A stretch of 64,000 bases of DNA. Origin: an uncultured Gemmatimonadales bacterium. Its GTDB lineage: Bacteria > Gemmatimonadota > Gemmatimonadetes > Longimicrobiales > Gaopeijiaceae. Position 1 is the stretch's first letter. Each line of letters opens with the position of its first letter. The DNA lies in the NCBI GenBank assembly GCA_963809895.1, contig CAWELD010000003.1, positions 3,456,001 through 3,520,000 of the forward strand, in the 5' to 3' direction. A program made the translations under genes and the position numbers. The notes beneath the pieces are model-generated. The model was not told where the DNA came from. It searched no databases and saw only the letters and a program-made list of their open reading frames with translations. Below are positions 49,099 to 58,285 of the stretch, in pieces.

Positions 49099-50429
49099 CT
49101 CGTCCTCCCGGGGCCGTCGTAGAGCCCCGCGCGCCGGTAGCTCTCGTCCAGGAGCTCCACCGGGTGCACCACCTGCAACGCATGTCCTTTCAACCGCATG
49201 GTCCCTCCGATCTGCATCATGCATCCGGGATTCCCGGTGGCGACGATGTCGGCGCCGCTGGCTACCAGGGCCTCCACCTTGTCACCGCCGATTCGCCCGC
49301 CGAGCTCGGGATGGGTCATACCGTAGGTTCCGGCGCCACCACAGCATTCCGCCGCGTGCTCCACCGGCATGCGACGGAGCCCCGGGACGGCGTCCAGCAC
49401 GCGAAGTGGCGCCTCGGCGACGCCCTGTCCGTGAAGCAGGTGACAGGGCGGGTCGTAGGCGACCTTCACCTCCACGGGGGCCCCCGGCCGGGGTCCCACC
49501 TCGGCCAGCAGCTCGCTCACGTCGCGCACGTGGCCACCGAACCCACCGTGGGCGGGAGCAGGGGAGCTCGGCTCTTCGGCGAGCAGCTCGTCGTACTCGT
49601 GCATCATGGCGCCGCATCCGGCGGCGTTCACGCACACCACGTCCACACCGGCGGCGCGGAACGCCTCCTCGTTCCGATGGGCCAGCACGCGAGCGCCACC
49701 GAGATCGCCGGCATGGGCGTGCAGCGCACCACAACACGCTTGCCCACCCACCTCCACCACCCGGTACCCGTTGACCCGGAGCACCCGGGCCGTGGCCTCG
49801 TTCACACGGCGGAAGAGCACGTCCTGCACGCAACCACGCAGCAGCCCGACGGTGGGACGGGAGTCCGCGGTCGGCGGCTCGGCGGAGGGGGCACGGCTCC
49901 GGGATGGCACCCCGGCGGGCAGCTGGCGCAGGTCGGTCGGTCTGGACGCCGCCAGCATGGCCGCCGGCAGCGCCCAGCGGCGCGGGAGCGTCCGGGCCGC
50001 CAGGGCGGCCAGCCCGATAGCCCGCAGCAGCCGTGCCGCACCGAAGACCAGCGAGCCCCGCGCCCGGCTCGCCACCAGGCTCAGCAGCCCCCGGACCTCG
50101 AGCGGCGCCGGCCGGGTCTCGCGGGCCACGGCCCGGGCGCGCTCCAGCAGTTGGCCGTACGGGACGCCCGAGGGGCACACGGGCTCGCACGCGCGGCAGC
50201 CCAGGCAGCGGTCCAGGTGCGTGTGGAAGGCAGGCGATTCCGGCGACAGGCGGCCCTCGGCGACCGCCCGCATGAGGCTCAGCCGCCCCCGCGGCGAGTC
50301 CGCTTCGTCACCCAGGCGCACGTAGGTGGGGCAGGCCGGCAGGCAGAAACCGCAATGGACGCAGGTGAGGAGACGCTCCTCCTCCCGCTCCAGGCCGGCG
50401 GCCATGCGGTCGCGGACGTTACCGTTCAT
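49095..50429 (-). CDS. glcF: Glycolate/lactate oxidase iron-sulfur subunit
   Basis: CVHCGFCLPACPTY, SPRGR, CLGCRACEPVCPSG, two CCG domains (ACCGALH, ECCGGAG), GNPGCMMQI. Confidence 0.92.
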   Translation of the reverse strand: MNGNVRDRMAAGLEREEERLLTCVHCGFCLPACPTYVRLGDEADSPRGRLSLMRAVAEGRLSPESPAFHTHLDRCLGCRACEPVCPSGVPYGQLLERARAVARETRPAPLEVRGLLSLVASRARGSLVFGAARLLRAIGLAALAARTLPRRWALPAAMLAASRPTDLRQLPAGVPSRSRAPSAEPPTADSRPTVGLLRGCVQDVLFRRVNEATARVLRVNGYRVVEVGGQACCGALHAHAGDLGGARVLAHRNEEAFRAAGVDVVCVNAAGCGAMMHEYDELLAEEPSSPAPAHGGFGGHVRDVSELLAEVGPRPGAPVEVKVAYDPPCHLLHGQGVAEAPLRVLDAVPGLRRMPVEHAAECCGGAGTYGMTHPELGGRIGGDKVEALVASGADIVATGNPGCMMQIGGTMRLKGHALQVVHPVELLDESYRRAGLYDGPGRTR

Positions 50430-53187
50430 GCGTGCCCCCGTCCTCACCAGCCTCCTCGAATCCCGGCAGGACGCCTGCCGGGTCGAAGGTGCGCCGAAGC
50501 TCGCCCACCAGCGCCGCCGAGGCCTGTCGCGCCGGCTCGTGCGGAGCGGCCATGGAAGCGGCCCGCAGCTCCCCGGGCCCCTCCACCACACGCACCCGAC
50601 CGCCCAGGGGCGCGAGTCGGGCCGCCTCGTCGGAGATCCACGCCGCCACGGTGGCCGCTCCCGCAGCGTCGGGATCCGGTAGGCCCACCTCGAGCAAGCC
50701 CTGGTCCGGCAGCGCCGCCAGCCGCAGGTCGCCGGCGACCGCCTCCTCTCCCATGCGTCGAGCGCGCACCAGGGCGGCCGTCACCGCCGACGCGGAGGCA
50801 GGACCGTGGAGCCGGACCCGCACGGGAGCCTCGGCCACGGCAGCTCTGCGGGTCGCGCGCAACTCGGCCGCACGGGGCTCCTCCAGGACCTGCGACTCCC
50901 CACCCAGCCGCTCGGCCATCACCTCCAGGGCGTGGTCTGCGCCGGCTGGCGAGCCGACCACGCGGACCGCCAGGAGGGCGTCGCCCGAACCCTGAAAGAG
51001 CTCTACCGACGCCGGCAACAGCGGCGCGTCCAGAACGGAGGCCATTCGCTTCTCCAGCGCATCCAGGTCATGGCCGGCCACAGTCAGCGTGCGGTCGGTG
51101 GCCGGGCGTCCGTAGAGCCGCACGGTGGCACCGGTGACGATGCCGAGCCTGCCCCGGCTGCCGACGATCAGGCGCACCAGATCGAAGCCGGCCACGTTCT
51201 TCACGACCCGTCCCCCCAGGCGCAGCACCCGGCCGTCGCCGGTGACGACGGTGAGGCCCAGCACCAGGTCACGCACCGCGCCGAAGGCCGCCGCCAGCGC
51301 CCGGGGACCGCCGCCAGCCACCAATCCCCCCAAGGTGCCGTGCTCGAGGCCCCATCCGTCCACCGGAAGCCATTGCCCGTGGCGCCGGGCGGCCTCGTCC
51401 AGCGCCGACCACGCCAGGCCCGCGCCCGCCTCCAGCGCCAGGTCGGCGGGTTCGTACGCGTCGATGGCGTCGAGGCGCGCCACGGAGACGGCCACCGCGG
51501 GAGCAACGTCCCTCCCTGCCAGACGCCTCGGCCGAACCCGCTCGGGAGGAAGGCTCGTGGGCACAACGCGCCACCCCCGCGCCGACGCCATGCGCACCAG
51601 CTCGGCCACGGCCTCCACCGAGGCGGGTAGCGCCACGGGCATGGCCCCCCCGCCCTGCCCGGCCGGGCCGGCTGCCGTGTCGATGCCCAGCTCCTCCAGC
51701 GCCCGCATGACGGCTTCCCCATCCGCTGCGGGCGCCGCCGCCCCAGCCACCCTCGCTCCGTCCGCTTTACGCCCGGCGGGGGCCGGCTGGTCGGGCAGCA
51801 CCTTGCCCGGATTCCAACGGCCCAGCGGATCGAACACGGCGCGCACCGCGTCCATGGCGCCGAGCTCGTCCGGCCCGTAGACCAAGGGCATGTAGTGTCG
51901 CTTGTCCAACCCCACTCCGTGCTCGCCCGTGATCGTGCCGCCGGCGTCCACGCACGCCTGCATGATCTCGCGGGAGGCCGCCTCCACCCGCTCTACCTGC
52001 TCCGGAATCCGTCGGTCGAAGAGGAGGTTGGGGTGCAGGTTACCGTCGCCGGCGTGGAAGACGTTCGCCACACGCAGCCCGTGACGGACGGCAATCTCGC
52101 CGATCTGGCGGAGCACCGCCGGGAGTCGGGAGCGCGGGACCGTGCCGTCCTGCACCAGGAGGTCCGGGGCCAGGCGGCCCATGGCGCCGAAGGCCTTCTT
52201 GCGTCCCTTCCACAGCGCCGCTCGTTCCGCCTCGTCGTGAGCGCGCCGGATCTCCCCGGCCCCCGCCTCCCGGCAGAGCGCCTCCACCCGGGCCAGCTCC
52301 TCGTCCAGCCCGGCGTCGGGACCGTCCAGCTCCACGACCAGGGCGGCGCCGGCCCCCACCGGGTATCCCGCGGCGAAGATGCTCTCTTCCACGGCCTGGA
52401 TGGTGGAGGCGTCCACGATCTCCAGTGCGGCCGGCAACAGCCCTTCCGCCATGATGGCCGACACGGCCACGCCGGCTTCTTCGGGCCGGGGAAACGCCGC
52501 CAGCAGGGTGCGCGTGGCCTCCGGCGCCGGCGTGAGCGCCAGCTCGATCTCGGTGGCGAGGCCGAAGCAGCCTTCCGATCCCACGAACACGCCTACCAGA
52601 TCCAACAGCGGCGAGCCCGGAGGGCCGCCCAGCTCCAACACCTCGCCTCCTGCCGCGACCACGGTGAGACCCGTGACGTAGCGGGTGGTGACACCGTACT
52701 TGAGGCAGTGCGGACCCCCGGAGTTCTCGGCCACGTTGCCGCCCAGGGTGCACGCGCTCTGTGACGACGGATCGGGTGCGTAGGTGAGGCCGTGGCGGGC
52801 CGCGGCGGCGGCCAGATCGGCGTTCACGACCCCCGCCTGCACGCGAGCCCGACGGGCCGCTGGCTCCAGCGAGAGGATCCGGGTCATGCGGGCGGTGCCG
52901 ACGATCACGGCCCCCGGCGCGGCCACCGCGCCCCCGGACAGTCCGGTGCCGGCACCCCGCGGCACGACAGCCACACCGGCTCCGTGCACCAACGCCACCA
53001 CGCGGGCGCACTCGGCGGTGGTCCGGGGCAGCACCACGGCCGACGGCCGACCACGATAGCGGGTCAGCCCGTCGGATTCGTAGACCAGCAGCCTGTCGGC
53101 GTCGGTGAAGACCGCGTCGGGTCCCACCGTGCGGATCAGCTCCCGGACGAGCGTCGGCTCGAGGTCGCGAGTGGAGTCGGGGATCAC
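50419..53187 (-). CDS. Fused GlcD-GlcE FAD-linked oxidase
   Basis: N-half: PRGAGTGLSGG, PDPSSQ, NSGGPHCLKYG, GSEG, FHAGDGNLHP, TGEHGVG, FDP..NPGK (GlcD). C-half: YEPADL, GGRVVKNVAGFDL, GSRGRLG, FDPAGVL (GlcE). One uninterrupted 922-aa ORF. Confidence 0.9.
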   Translation of the reverse strand: MIPDSTRDLEPTLVRELIRTVGPDAVFTDADRLLVYESDGLTRYRGRPSAVVLPRTTAECARVVALVHGAGVAVVPRGAGTGLSGGAVAAPGAVIVGTARMTRILSLEPAARRARVQAGVVNADLAAAAARHGLTYAPDPSSQSACTLGGNVAENSGGPHCLKYGVTTRYVTGLTVVAAGGEVLELGGPPGSPLLDLVGVFVGSEGCFGLATEIELALTPAPEATRTLLAAFPRPEEAGVAVSAIMAEGLLPAALEIVDASTIQAVEESIFAAGYPVGAGAALVVELDGPDAGLDEELARVEALCREAGAGEIRRAHDEAERAALWKGRKKAFGAMGRLAPDLLVQDGTVPRSRLPAVLRQIGEIAVRHGLRVANVFHAGDGNLHPNLLFDRRIPEQVERVEAASREIMQACVDAGGTITGEHGVGLDKRHYMPLVYGPDELGAMDAVRAVFDPLGRWNPGKVLPDQPAPAGRKADGARVAGAAAPAADGEAVMRALEELGIDTAAGPAGQGGGAMPVALPASVEAVAELVRMASARGWRVVPTSLPPERVRPRRLAGRDVAPAVAVSVARLDAIDAYEPADLALEAGAGLAWSALDEAARRHGQWLPVDGWGLEHGTLGGLVAGGGPRALAAAFGAVRDLVLGLTVVTGDGRVLRLGGRVVKNVAGFDLVRLIVGSRGRLGIVTGATVRLYGRPATDRTLTVAGHDLDALEKRMASVLDAPLLPASVELFQGSGDALLAVRVVGSPAGADHALEVMAERLGGESQVLEEPRAAELRATRRAAVAEAPVRVRLHGPASASAVTAALVRARRMGEEAVAGDLRLAALPDQGLLEVGLPDPDAAGAATVAAWISDEAARLAPLGGRVRVVEGPGELRAASMAAPHEPARQASAALVGELRRTFDPAGVLPGFEEAGEDGGTHER

Positions 53188-53981
53188 GCCGGGGAGGATA
53201 CGCCCGACGAGCCCTCCGTGTCCACGTACTCCCGGAGGGCCGCCAGGGAGCGGTGGGCCGCGCTCTCAAGCCCCGCCGGCACGGTGTCTCCGTACACCGC
53301 GCGATAGAGCGCGTCGGGCGAAGCGTCGGGCCGGGCCGCCAGCGCTTCGCGTACCGCAGCGATGCGCCCGCGACGATGAGCCTCGAAACGGTCGATGGCG
53401 TGGACCGGATCCCGGATGGGAGGCCCGTGTCCCGGATAGATCACGTCCAGCGCAAGCTCTCGCAGTCGCTCGAGAGAGGACAGGTAGTCGGCCACGCAGC
53501 CCGGGTAGTCCGCGACCCACGTCGTGTCGCCACGGCCGAGAACGTGGTCGCCGGAGAAGAGGGCCCGGGCCTCGGGCCAGTGGAAGGCGAGGTGGTCGGG
53601 GGTGTGTCCCGGGGTCGCCACGGGGAGCAGCACGCCCGCGTCGGTGTGGACACCCTCGCCGGGTTTCAGGGGCCGGGCCGCCGGGTGCCCCGCGCCCACC
53701 ACCGGTACCTCACCGAGGCGCTCCCGGATGCCGTTCACCGCCCCGGCGTGGTCGCCGTGGCCGTGGGTGAGCACGAGGGTGACGGTGGCCGCGTCCTCCA
53801 GCAGCGACAGCAAGGCCCGAACGTGCTCCTCCACGTCCGGGCCGGGATCCACCACGGCGACCTGCTCGGTGCCCAGGATGTAGGTCCGGGTCCCATCGAG
53901 GGTGAAGGGACCCGGATTGGCCGCCAGAAGCCAGCGAATGTCTCTGGCGGCGATCCCGGGACGATGCCGCACGGCGGTCAC
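53184..53981 (-). CDS. MBL-fold metallo-hydrolase (LACTB2-like)
   Basis: ANPGPFTLDGT, THGHGDH, TPGHTPDH, FSGDH, YPGHG. Confidence 0.9.
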   Translation of the reverse strand: MTAVRHRPGIAARDIRWLLAANPGPFTLDGTRTYILGTEQVAVVDPGPDVEEHVRALLSLLEDAATVTLVLTHGHGDHAGAVNGIRERLGEVPVVGAGHPAARPLKPGEGVHTDAGVLLPVATPGHTPDHLAFHWPEARALFSGDHVLGRGDTTWVADYPGCVADYLSSLERLRELALDVIYPGHGPPIRDPVHAIDRFEAHRRGRIAAVREALAARPDASPDALYRAVYGDTVPAGLESAAHRSLAALREYVDTEGSSGVSSPA

Positions 53982-54003
53982 CCCGGGCCGTTCATGCTCG
54001 CGC

Positions 54004-54474
54004 TTAGCGCCGCTCGGCGGCGATCTGCTCGGCGAGCTTGTCCGCCACGCCCTGCAACGCCGTGATGTCGTCGTCGGTGAAGGCCGCTTCTTCGGAGCTG
54101 TCGATGTCGATCTGACCGAAGATCTCGTCGCCGGCCCGGATCAGGACCACCAGCTCGCTGCGCGTGTCCGGATCGCAAGCCAGGTAGTTCTCGACCTCGC
54201 TCACGTCGGGGACGTTGAGGTTGGACTTCTCGGCCACCGCCATACCGCAGACACCGGTTCCCACCGGGATCTTGGCGTGCTCCGTGGGGCTGCCCACGTA
54301 GTTGTGGAGCCAGAGCTCGTTCTTCTCTTCGTCCAGGAGGTAGACCCCGACCCAGTCGAAGCGCGGATCGGACTTCTCGACGTTCTTGACGGCATTGCGC
54401 AGCAGGGCGTCGGACAGATGCCCCTCGTCCCGCATGTCCTGCAGATCCATGATGATCTGGGTAGCGTCCAACAT
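54004..54474 (-). CDS. msrC: GAF protein, free methionine-R-sulfoxide reductase-like
   Basis: DWVGVY, IPVGTGVCG, YLACDPDTRSELVV, GQIDIDS..FTDDD. Confidence 0.75.
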   Translation of the reverse strand: MLDATQIIMDLQDMRDEGHLSDALLRNAVKNVEKSDPRFDWVGVYLLDEEKNELWLHNYVGSPTEHAKIPVGTGVCGMAVAEKSNLNVPDVSEVENYLACDPDTRSELVVLIRAGDEIFGQIDIDSSEEAAFTDDDITALQGVADKLAEQIAAERR

Positions 54475-54618
54475 GTCGATCCTCGTGGCCGGAATCCAAT
54501 CGGTGCAGAGACGTGGAAAGGTGGACACGACCCGCGGGCGCGTCAATGGATGAAGGGGGCCGCCCGCGGTCTCACATCCGTCGTCGGTCCGCCACCGCTC
54601 GCGCGCCGTTCCGTCTCC

Positions 54619-55686
54619 TCAGCGCGGCGTGAAGTCGGTGCTTTCGTCGAGGCTGCGAATGAAGGCGCCGAGCAACCGGGCCGTGTTCTCCAGGTCCGAT
54701 AGGCTGACCAGCTCGTTGGGGGAGTGCATGTAGCGGTTGGGCACCGACACCAGTCCCGTGGGCACGCCCGCGCGGGTCAGGTGGATGCTGTCGGCGTCGG
54801 TGCGCGTGGCCCGCGGCGAAGCCTGCACGGTGTAGGGAATGTCCTCCGCCTCGGCCACCGCCACCAGCCGCTCGAAAACCACTGGATGGGCGGCCGACCC
54901 GCGGCTCAGCACCGGGCCACCACCGATCTTGTGGTCGCCCAGCTCCTTCTTGGGTACATCCGGGACGTCGGTGCTGAAGGTGACGTCCACCACCAACGCC
55001 ACGTCGGGCTCCAGCCGGAAGGCGCTCGAGCGCGCGCCGCCTCCCTGATAGCCGATCTCCTCCTGCGTGGTGGCCACCGCGAAGGCGCCGGCCGCCGCCG
55101 GCTCTCCAGCGAGGAGCCGCACCGCCTCCAGCACCACGTAGGCCCCGATGCGGTTGTCCACCGCCCGGCTTGCGATGCGGTCTCCGGCCAGCCGGATCAT
55201 GGGCTGGTCCAGGACCATGGAATCCCCCACTCGCAGCCCGAGCTCCGAGACCTCGTCGCGGGACCCGGCGCCGACGTCGACCCACAGCTCCTTGATCTTG
55301 GAGGCCTTGCTACGCTCGTCCTCCTGCATCAGGTGGATCGCCTTCTTGCCCACCACCCCCGGCACCTCGCCTTCGCTGCCCAGGATGCGCACCCGCTGCC
55401 CCACCAGCACCTGCGGATCCCAGCCTCCGATGCCGTCCACGTAGAGGTAGCCCTCGTCGTCGACGTGCGTTACCTGGAGACCGATCTCGTCGATGTGGCC
55501 GGCGAGCATGACCCGAGGGCGGCCGTCCGGGTTGAGGGCCGCCACGGAGTTGCCGCTCACGTCCACGTCTACACGGTCCGCGAAGGTCTCGGCCTCTTCG
55601 CGCCAGGTGCGCGCGGGTCGGACCTCGAAGCCCGAGGGCCCGGGGGCGTCCAGCAGGCGAGCGAGGAAATCGGTGTTCATGGGCAC
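54619..55686 (-). CDS. M42 family aminopeptidase
   Basis: GPSGFE, LAGHIDEIG, VDNRIG, TTQEEIG, VDVT, TDAD, RYMHSP. Confidence 0.93.
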   Translation of the reverse strand: MPMNTDFLARLLDAPGPSGFEVRPARTWREEAETFADRVDVDVSGNSVAALNPDGRPRVMLAGHIDEIGLQVTHVDDEGYLYVDGIGGWDPQVLVGQRVRILGSEGEVPGVVGKKAIHLMQEDERSKASKIKELWVDVGAGSRDEVSELGLRVGDSMVLDQPMIRLAGDRIASRAVDNRIGAYVVLEAVRLLAGEPAAAGAFAVATTQEEIGYQGGGARSSAFRLEPDVALVVDVTFSTDVPDVPKKELGDHKIGGGPVLSRGSAAHPVVFERLVAVAEAEDIPYTVQASPRATRTDADSIHLTRAGVPTGLVSVPNRYMHSPNELVSLSDLENTARLLGAFIRSLDESTDFTPR

Positions 55687-55851
55687 GGCTCTTGGCTGTC
55701 GTTCGAAGAAGGGTGCTGCACCCGCGCCGGCCCGCGGACTCGAGGGCGACGCGGTCGCGCCACTACACTAGGTGCAAGCGCGGGCGTCGTCGATGGGTGG
55801 GTGGGACGAGGGGGAAAGCGCAGCCTCGGTGGGCCGCCTTCGCCGCTCGGG

Positions 55852-56343
55852 TCAATCCCGGTACCCGCCGTCGATCTCGTGACGCGGGTCGAGCTCGCGA
55901 TCCCCCGACTCCTCCTCGGCCTGGACGCCGAAGGGATGGATGCCGCCGGGATCCAGGACGGTGACCCGGAGCTGGCCCGACGCCACACTGGACTCGAGCC
56001 AGTGGCGCACCCGGCGTTGGATCCAGCGCCGGGTGGGTGGCAGCAGAAGAAGAAAGCCGGTCACGTCGGTGAGCAGTCCGGGCGTCAGGAGGAAGGCGCC
56101 TCCGATCAGCACGGCGAGGCCGTCGAGGGCAGCGTCACCGGGCATGCGGCCGGCGGCGAGCTCGGAGCGGAAACGGTTCAGCGCCCGCAGTCCCTGGGCC
56201 CGGGCCAGCGCCGCCCCGAGCACCCCGGTGGTGACCACCAGCGCCATGGTGGGCCAGAATCCCACGACCTGGCCGATCTGCACGAGCAGGGCCAGCTCCA
56301 GGATGGGCACCACGACGAAGAGGAGCGCGAGTCGTCCGAGCAT
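55852..56343 (-). CDS. fxsA: FxsA family membrane protein
   Basis: VVPILEL, LARAQG, GRMP, LLTPGLLTDVTG. Confidence 0.9.
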   Translation of the reverse strand: MLGRLALLFVVVPILELALLVQIGQVVGFWPTMALVVTTGVLGAALARAQGLRALNRFRSELAAGRMPGDAALDGLAVLIGGAFLLTPGLLTDVTGFLLLLPPTRRWIQRRVRHWLESSVASGQLRVTVLDPGGIHPFGVQAEEESGDRELDPRHEIDGGYRD

Positions 56344-56524
56344 GTGCTGCACTACCCGCAGCCGGGTCGCGCGGTCCGCACACACGGGGCGTCCGGGAAC
56401 CCGGCCGTGCGCCCGGTGTTCGTGCAGGGGCGCCGTTGATCCCCCCGGGCGCCTTCGTCACCTTGTGGTTCGGTTTCCAGCCGAAGGACGGCGACGGACG
56501 GCCCCCATTTCCGCTGAACGCCCC

Positions 56525-57766
56525 ATGGAGCAGACCTACTTTCGCAAGGGCTTCGGTCTCAAGTCCGAGGTGAAGCCCCTCATCGACGCCGAGTACCACT
56601 CGGCGGTCGTCGAGCGCATCCGCTCACGGGGTTACAGCGACACCTTCGGCGACGTGACGGTCCGGCTGGCGCAGGAGTTCGGCTTCTGCTACGGGGTGGA
56701 CCGGGCGGTGGACTACGCCTACGAAACCGTGCACAAGTTCCCGGACAAGCGCATCTACCTGGTGGGGGAGATCATCCACAATCCCCACGTGAACAAGCGC
56801 ATGACCGAGATGGGGATCCGCTTCGTCTACCCCCGTGACGACGGCACCTTCGACTTCTCGGAGATCACCGCCGAGGACGTGGTCCTGCTGCCGGCCTTCG
56901 GCGTCACGATCCACGCCTTCGAAGACCTGAAGGCCATCGGTTGTGTCCTCGTGGACACGACCTGCGGCTCGGTGCTGCACGTGTGGAAGCGGGTGGAGGG
57001 ATACGCCCGCGACGGCTTCACCGCGCTGATCCACGGGAAGTACCGGCACGAGGAGTCCCGGGCCACCGCGTCGCAGGCGCTCAAGTACGACGGCGGACGC
57101 TATCTGATCGTGCGCGACATGGACGAAGCCGCCCTGGTTTGCGACTACATCGCGGACCGCCCGGGCCACCTGAGCCGCACGGCGTTCATACAGCACTTCG
57201 GACACAAGGCCTCGGAGGGCTTCGATCCGGACCTGGATCTGCAGCGGATCGGCGTGGCCAACCAGACCACCATGCTCGCCAACGAGTCGCTGGCCATCGG
57301 CGCACGGGTCCGGGAGGCCATGGTGGAGCGCTTCGGTGAAGAGCACGCCTCGGAGCACTACCGATCCTTCGGTACCATCTGCTCCGCCACCCAGGAGCGT
57401 CAGGACGCCATCAAGGAGATGATGAAGGATCCCCCGGACATCATGGTGGTGATCGGCGGGTACAACTCGTCCAACACGAACCACCTGGCCCACCTGTGCC
57501 GGGAATACACGACGACGTACCACGTCGAGGATGCGGCCTGCATCGACGTGGAAGCGGGCACCATCCGCCACAAGCCCGAGCTGGCGGCCACGGCACCCGA
57601 GCGCACGGAAACCGCGTGGCTCCCGCGGGAGCCCTTCTCGCTGGGCATCACCGCCGGGGCCTCCACGCCCAACAACAAGATCGGCGAGGCCATCGTACGG
57701 GTGCTGGAGATCCGGGGGGTGGCGCTGGACCAGGGCGGGCCGGCACCGGCGGACGTTCCGGGCTGA
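56525..57766 (+). CDS. ispH: 4-hydroxy-3-methylbut-2-enyl diphosphate reductase (long form)
   Basis: FGFCYGVDRA, EIIHNP, LPAFG, DTTC, HGKYRHEE, NQTT, TICSATQERQ, GGYNSSNT, GITAGASTP. Confidence 0.95.
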   Translation: MEQTYFRKGFGLKSEVKPLIDAEYHSAVVERIRSRGYSDTFGDVTVRLAQEFGFCYGVDRAVDYAYETVHKFPDKRIYLVGEIIHNPHVNKRMTEMGIRFVYPRDDGTFDFSEITAEDVVLLPAFGVTIHAFEDLKAIGCVLVDTTCGSVLHVWKRVEGYARDGFTALIHGKYRHEESRATASQALKYDGGRYLIVRDMDEAALVCDYIADRPGHLSRTAFIQHFGHKASEGFDPDLDLQRIGVANQTTMLANESLAIGARVREAMVERFGEEHASEHYRSFGTICSATQERQDAIKEMMKDPPDIMVVIGGYNSSNTNHLAHLCREYTTTYHVEDAACIDVEAGTIRHKPELAATAPERTETAWLPREPFSLGITAGASTPNNKIGEAIVRVLEIRGVALDQGGPAPADVPG

Positions 57767-57782
57767 GCCCCGGCAGCCCGGC

Positions 57783-58262
57783 TCAGCCGGGGTCGTTGCC
57801 CATCCCCTTCCCGAGGCACTTGAGTAGCCCCCGGAGGTCGTCCTGCTCCTGGCCCGAGAGGTGGGACACCGCGTCACGCACGAAGGCCGCGTGCCCCGGA
57901 AAGACCTCCGCGATGAGCTCCCGGCCCTGAGCGGTCAGGTTGGCTTTCACCACGCGGCGGTCGTCGTCGGATCGTTCCCGGAAGACCAACCCCTGGTCCT
58001 CGAGACGATCCATGACGTAGGTGACGTTGCCGCCGGTGACGAGCAGTTTGTCCGCCAGCTCGCCCAGCGACAGGGGTCCCAGGTGATGCAGGGCCTCCAG
58101 GACGCCGAACTGGGGCGTGGTCAGCCCGTATTCCGCCACCCGCGCGGCCACCTCTCGTGAGAAGGTCGAATAGGCGCGGGCCAGGGCGATCCACAGGCGT
58201 AGCGCCCGTTCCTCGTCGTCCGACCAGGTGCGATTCGAAGGCTTCCGTTCCTTCTCGCTCAT
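57783..58262 (-). CDS. MarR family transcriptional regulator
   Basis: GLTTPQFGVL, VTGGNVTYVMDRLE, DDRR..LTAQG. Confidence 0.92.
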   Translation of the reverse strand: MSEKERKPSNRTWSDDEERALRLWIALARAYSTFSREVAARVAEYGLTTPQFGVLEALHHLGPLSLGELADKLLVTGGNVTYVMDRLEDQGLVFRERSDDDRRVVKANLTAQGRELIAEVFPGHAAFVRDAVSHLSGQEQDDLRGLLKCLGKGMGNDPG

Positions 58263-58285
58263 GGCCTCGGCCTCTCCTGGGCGGG

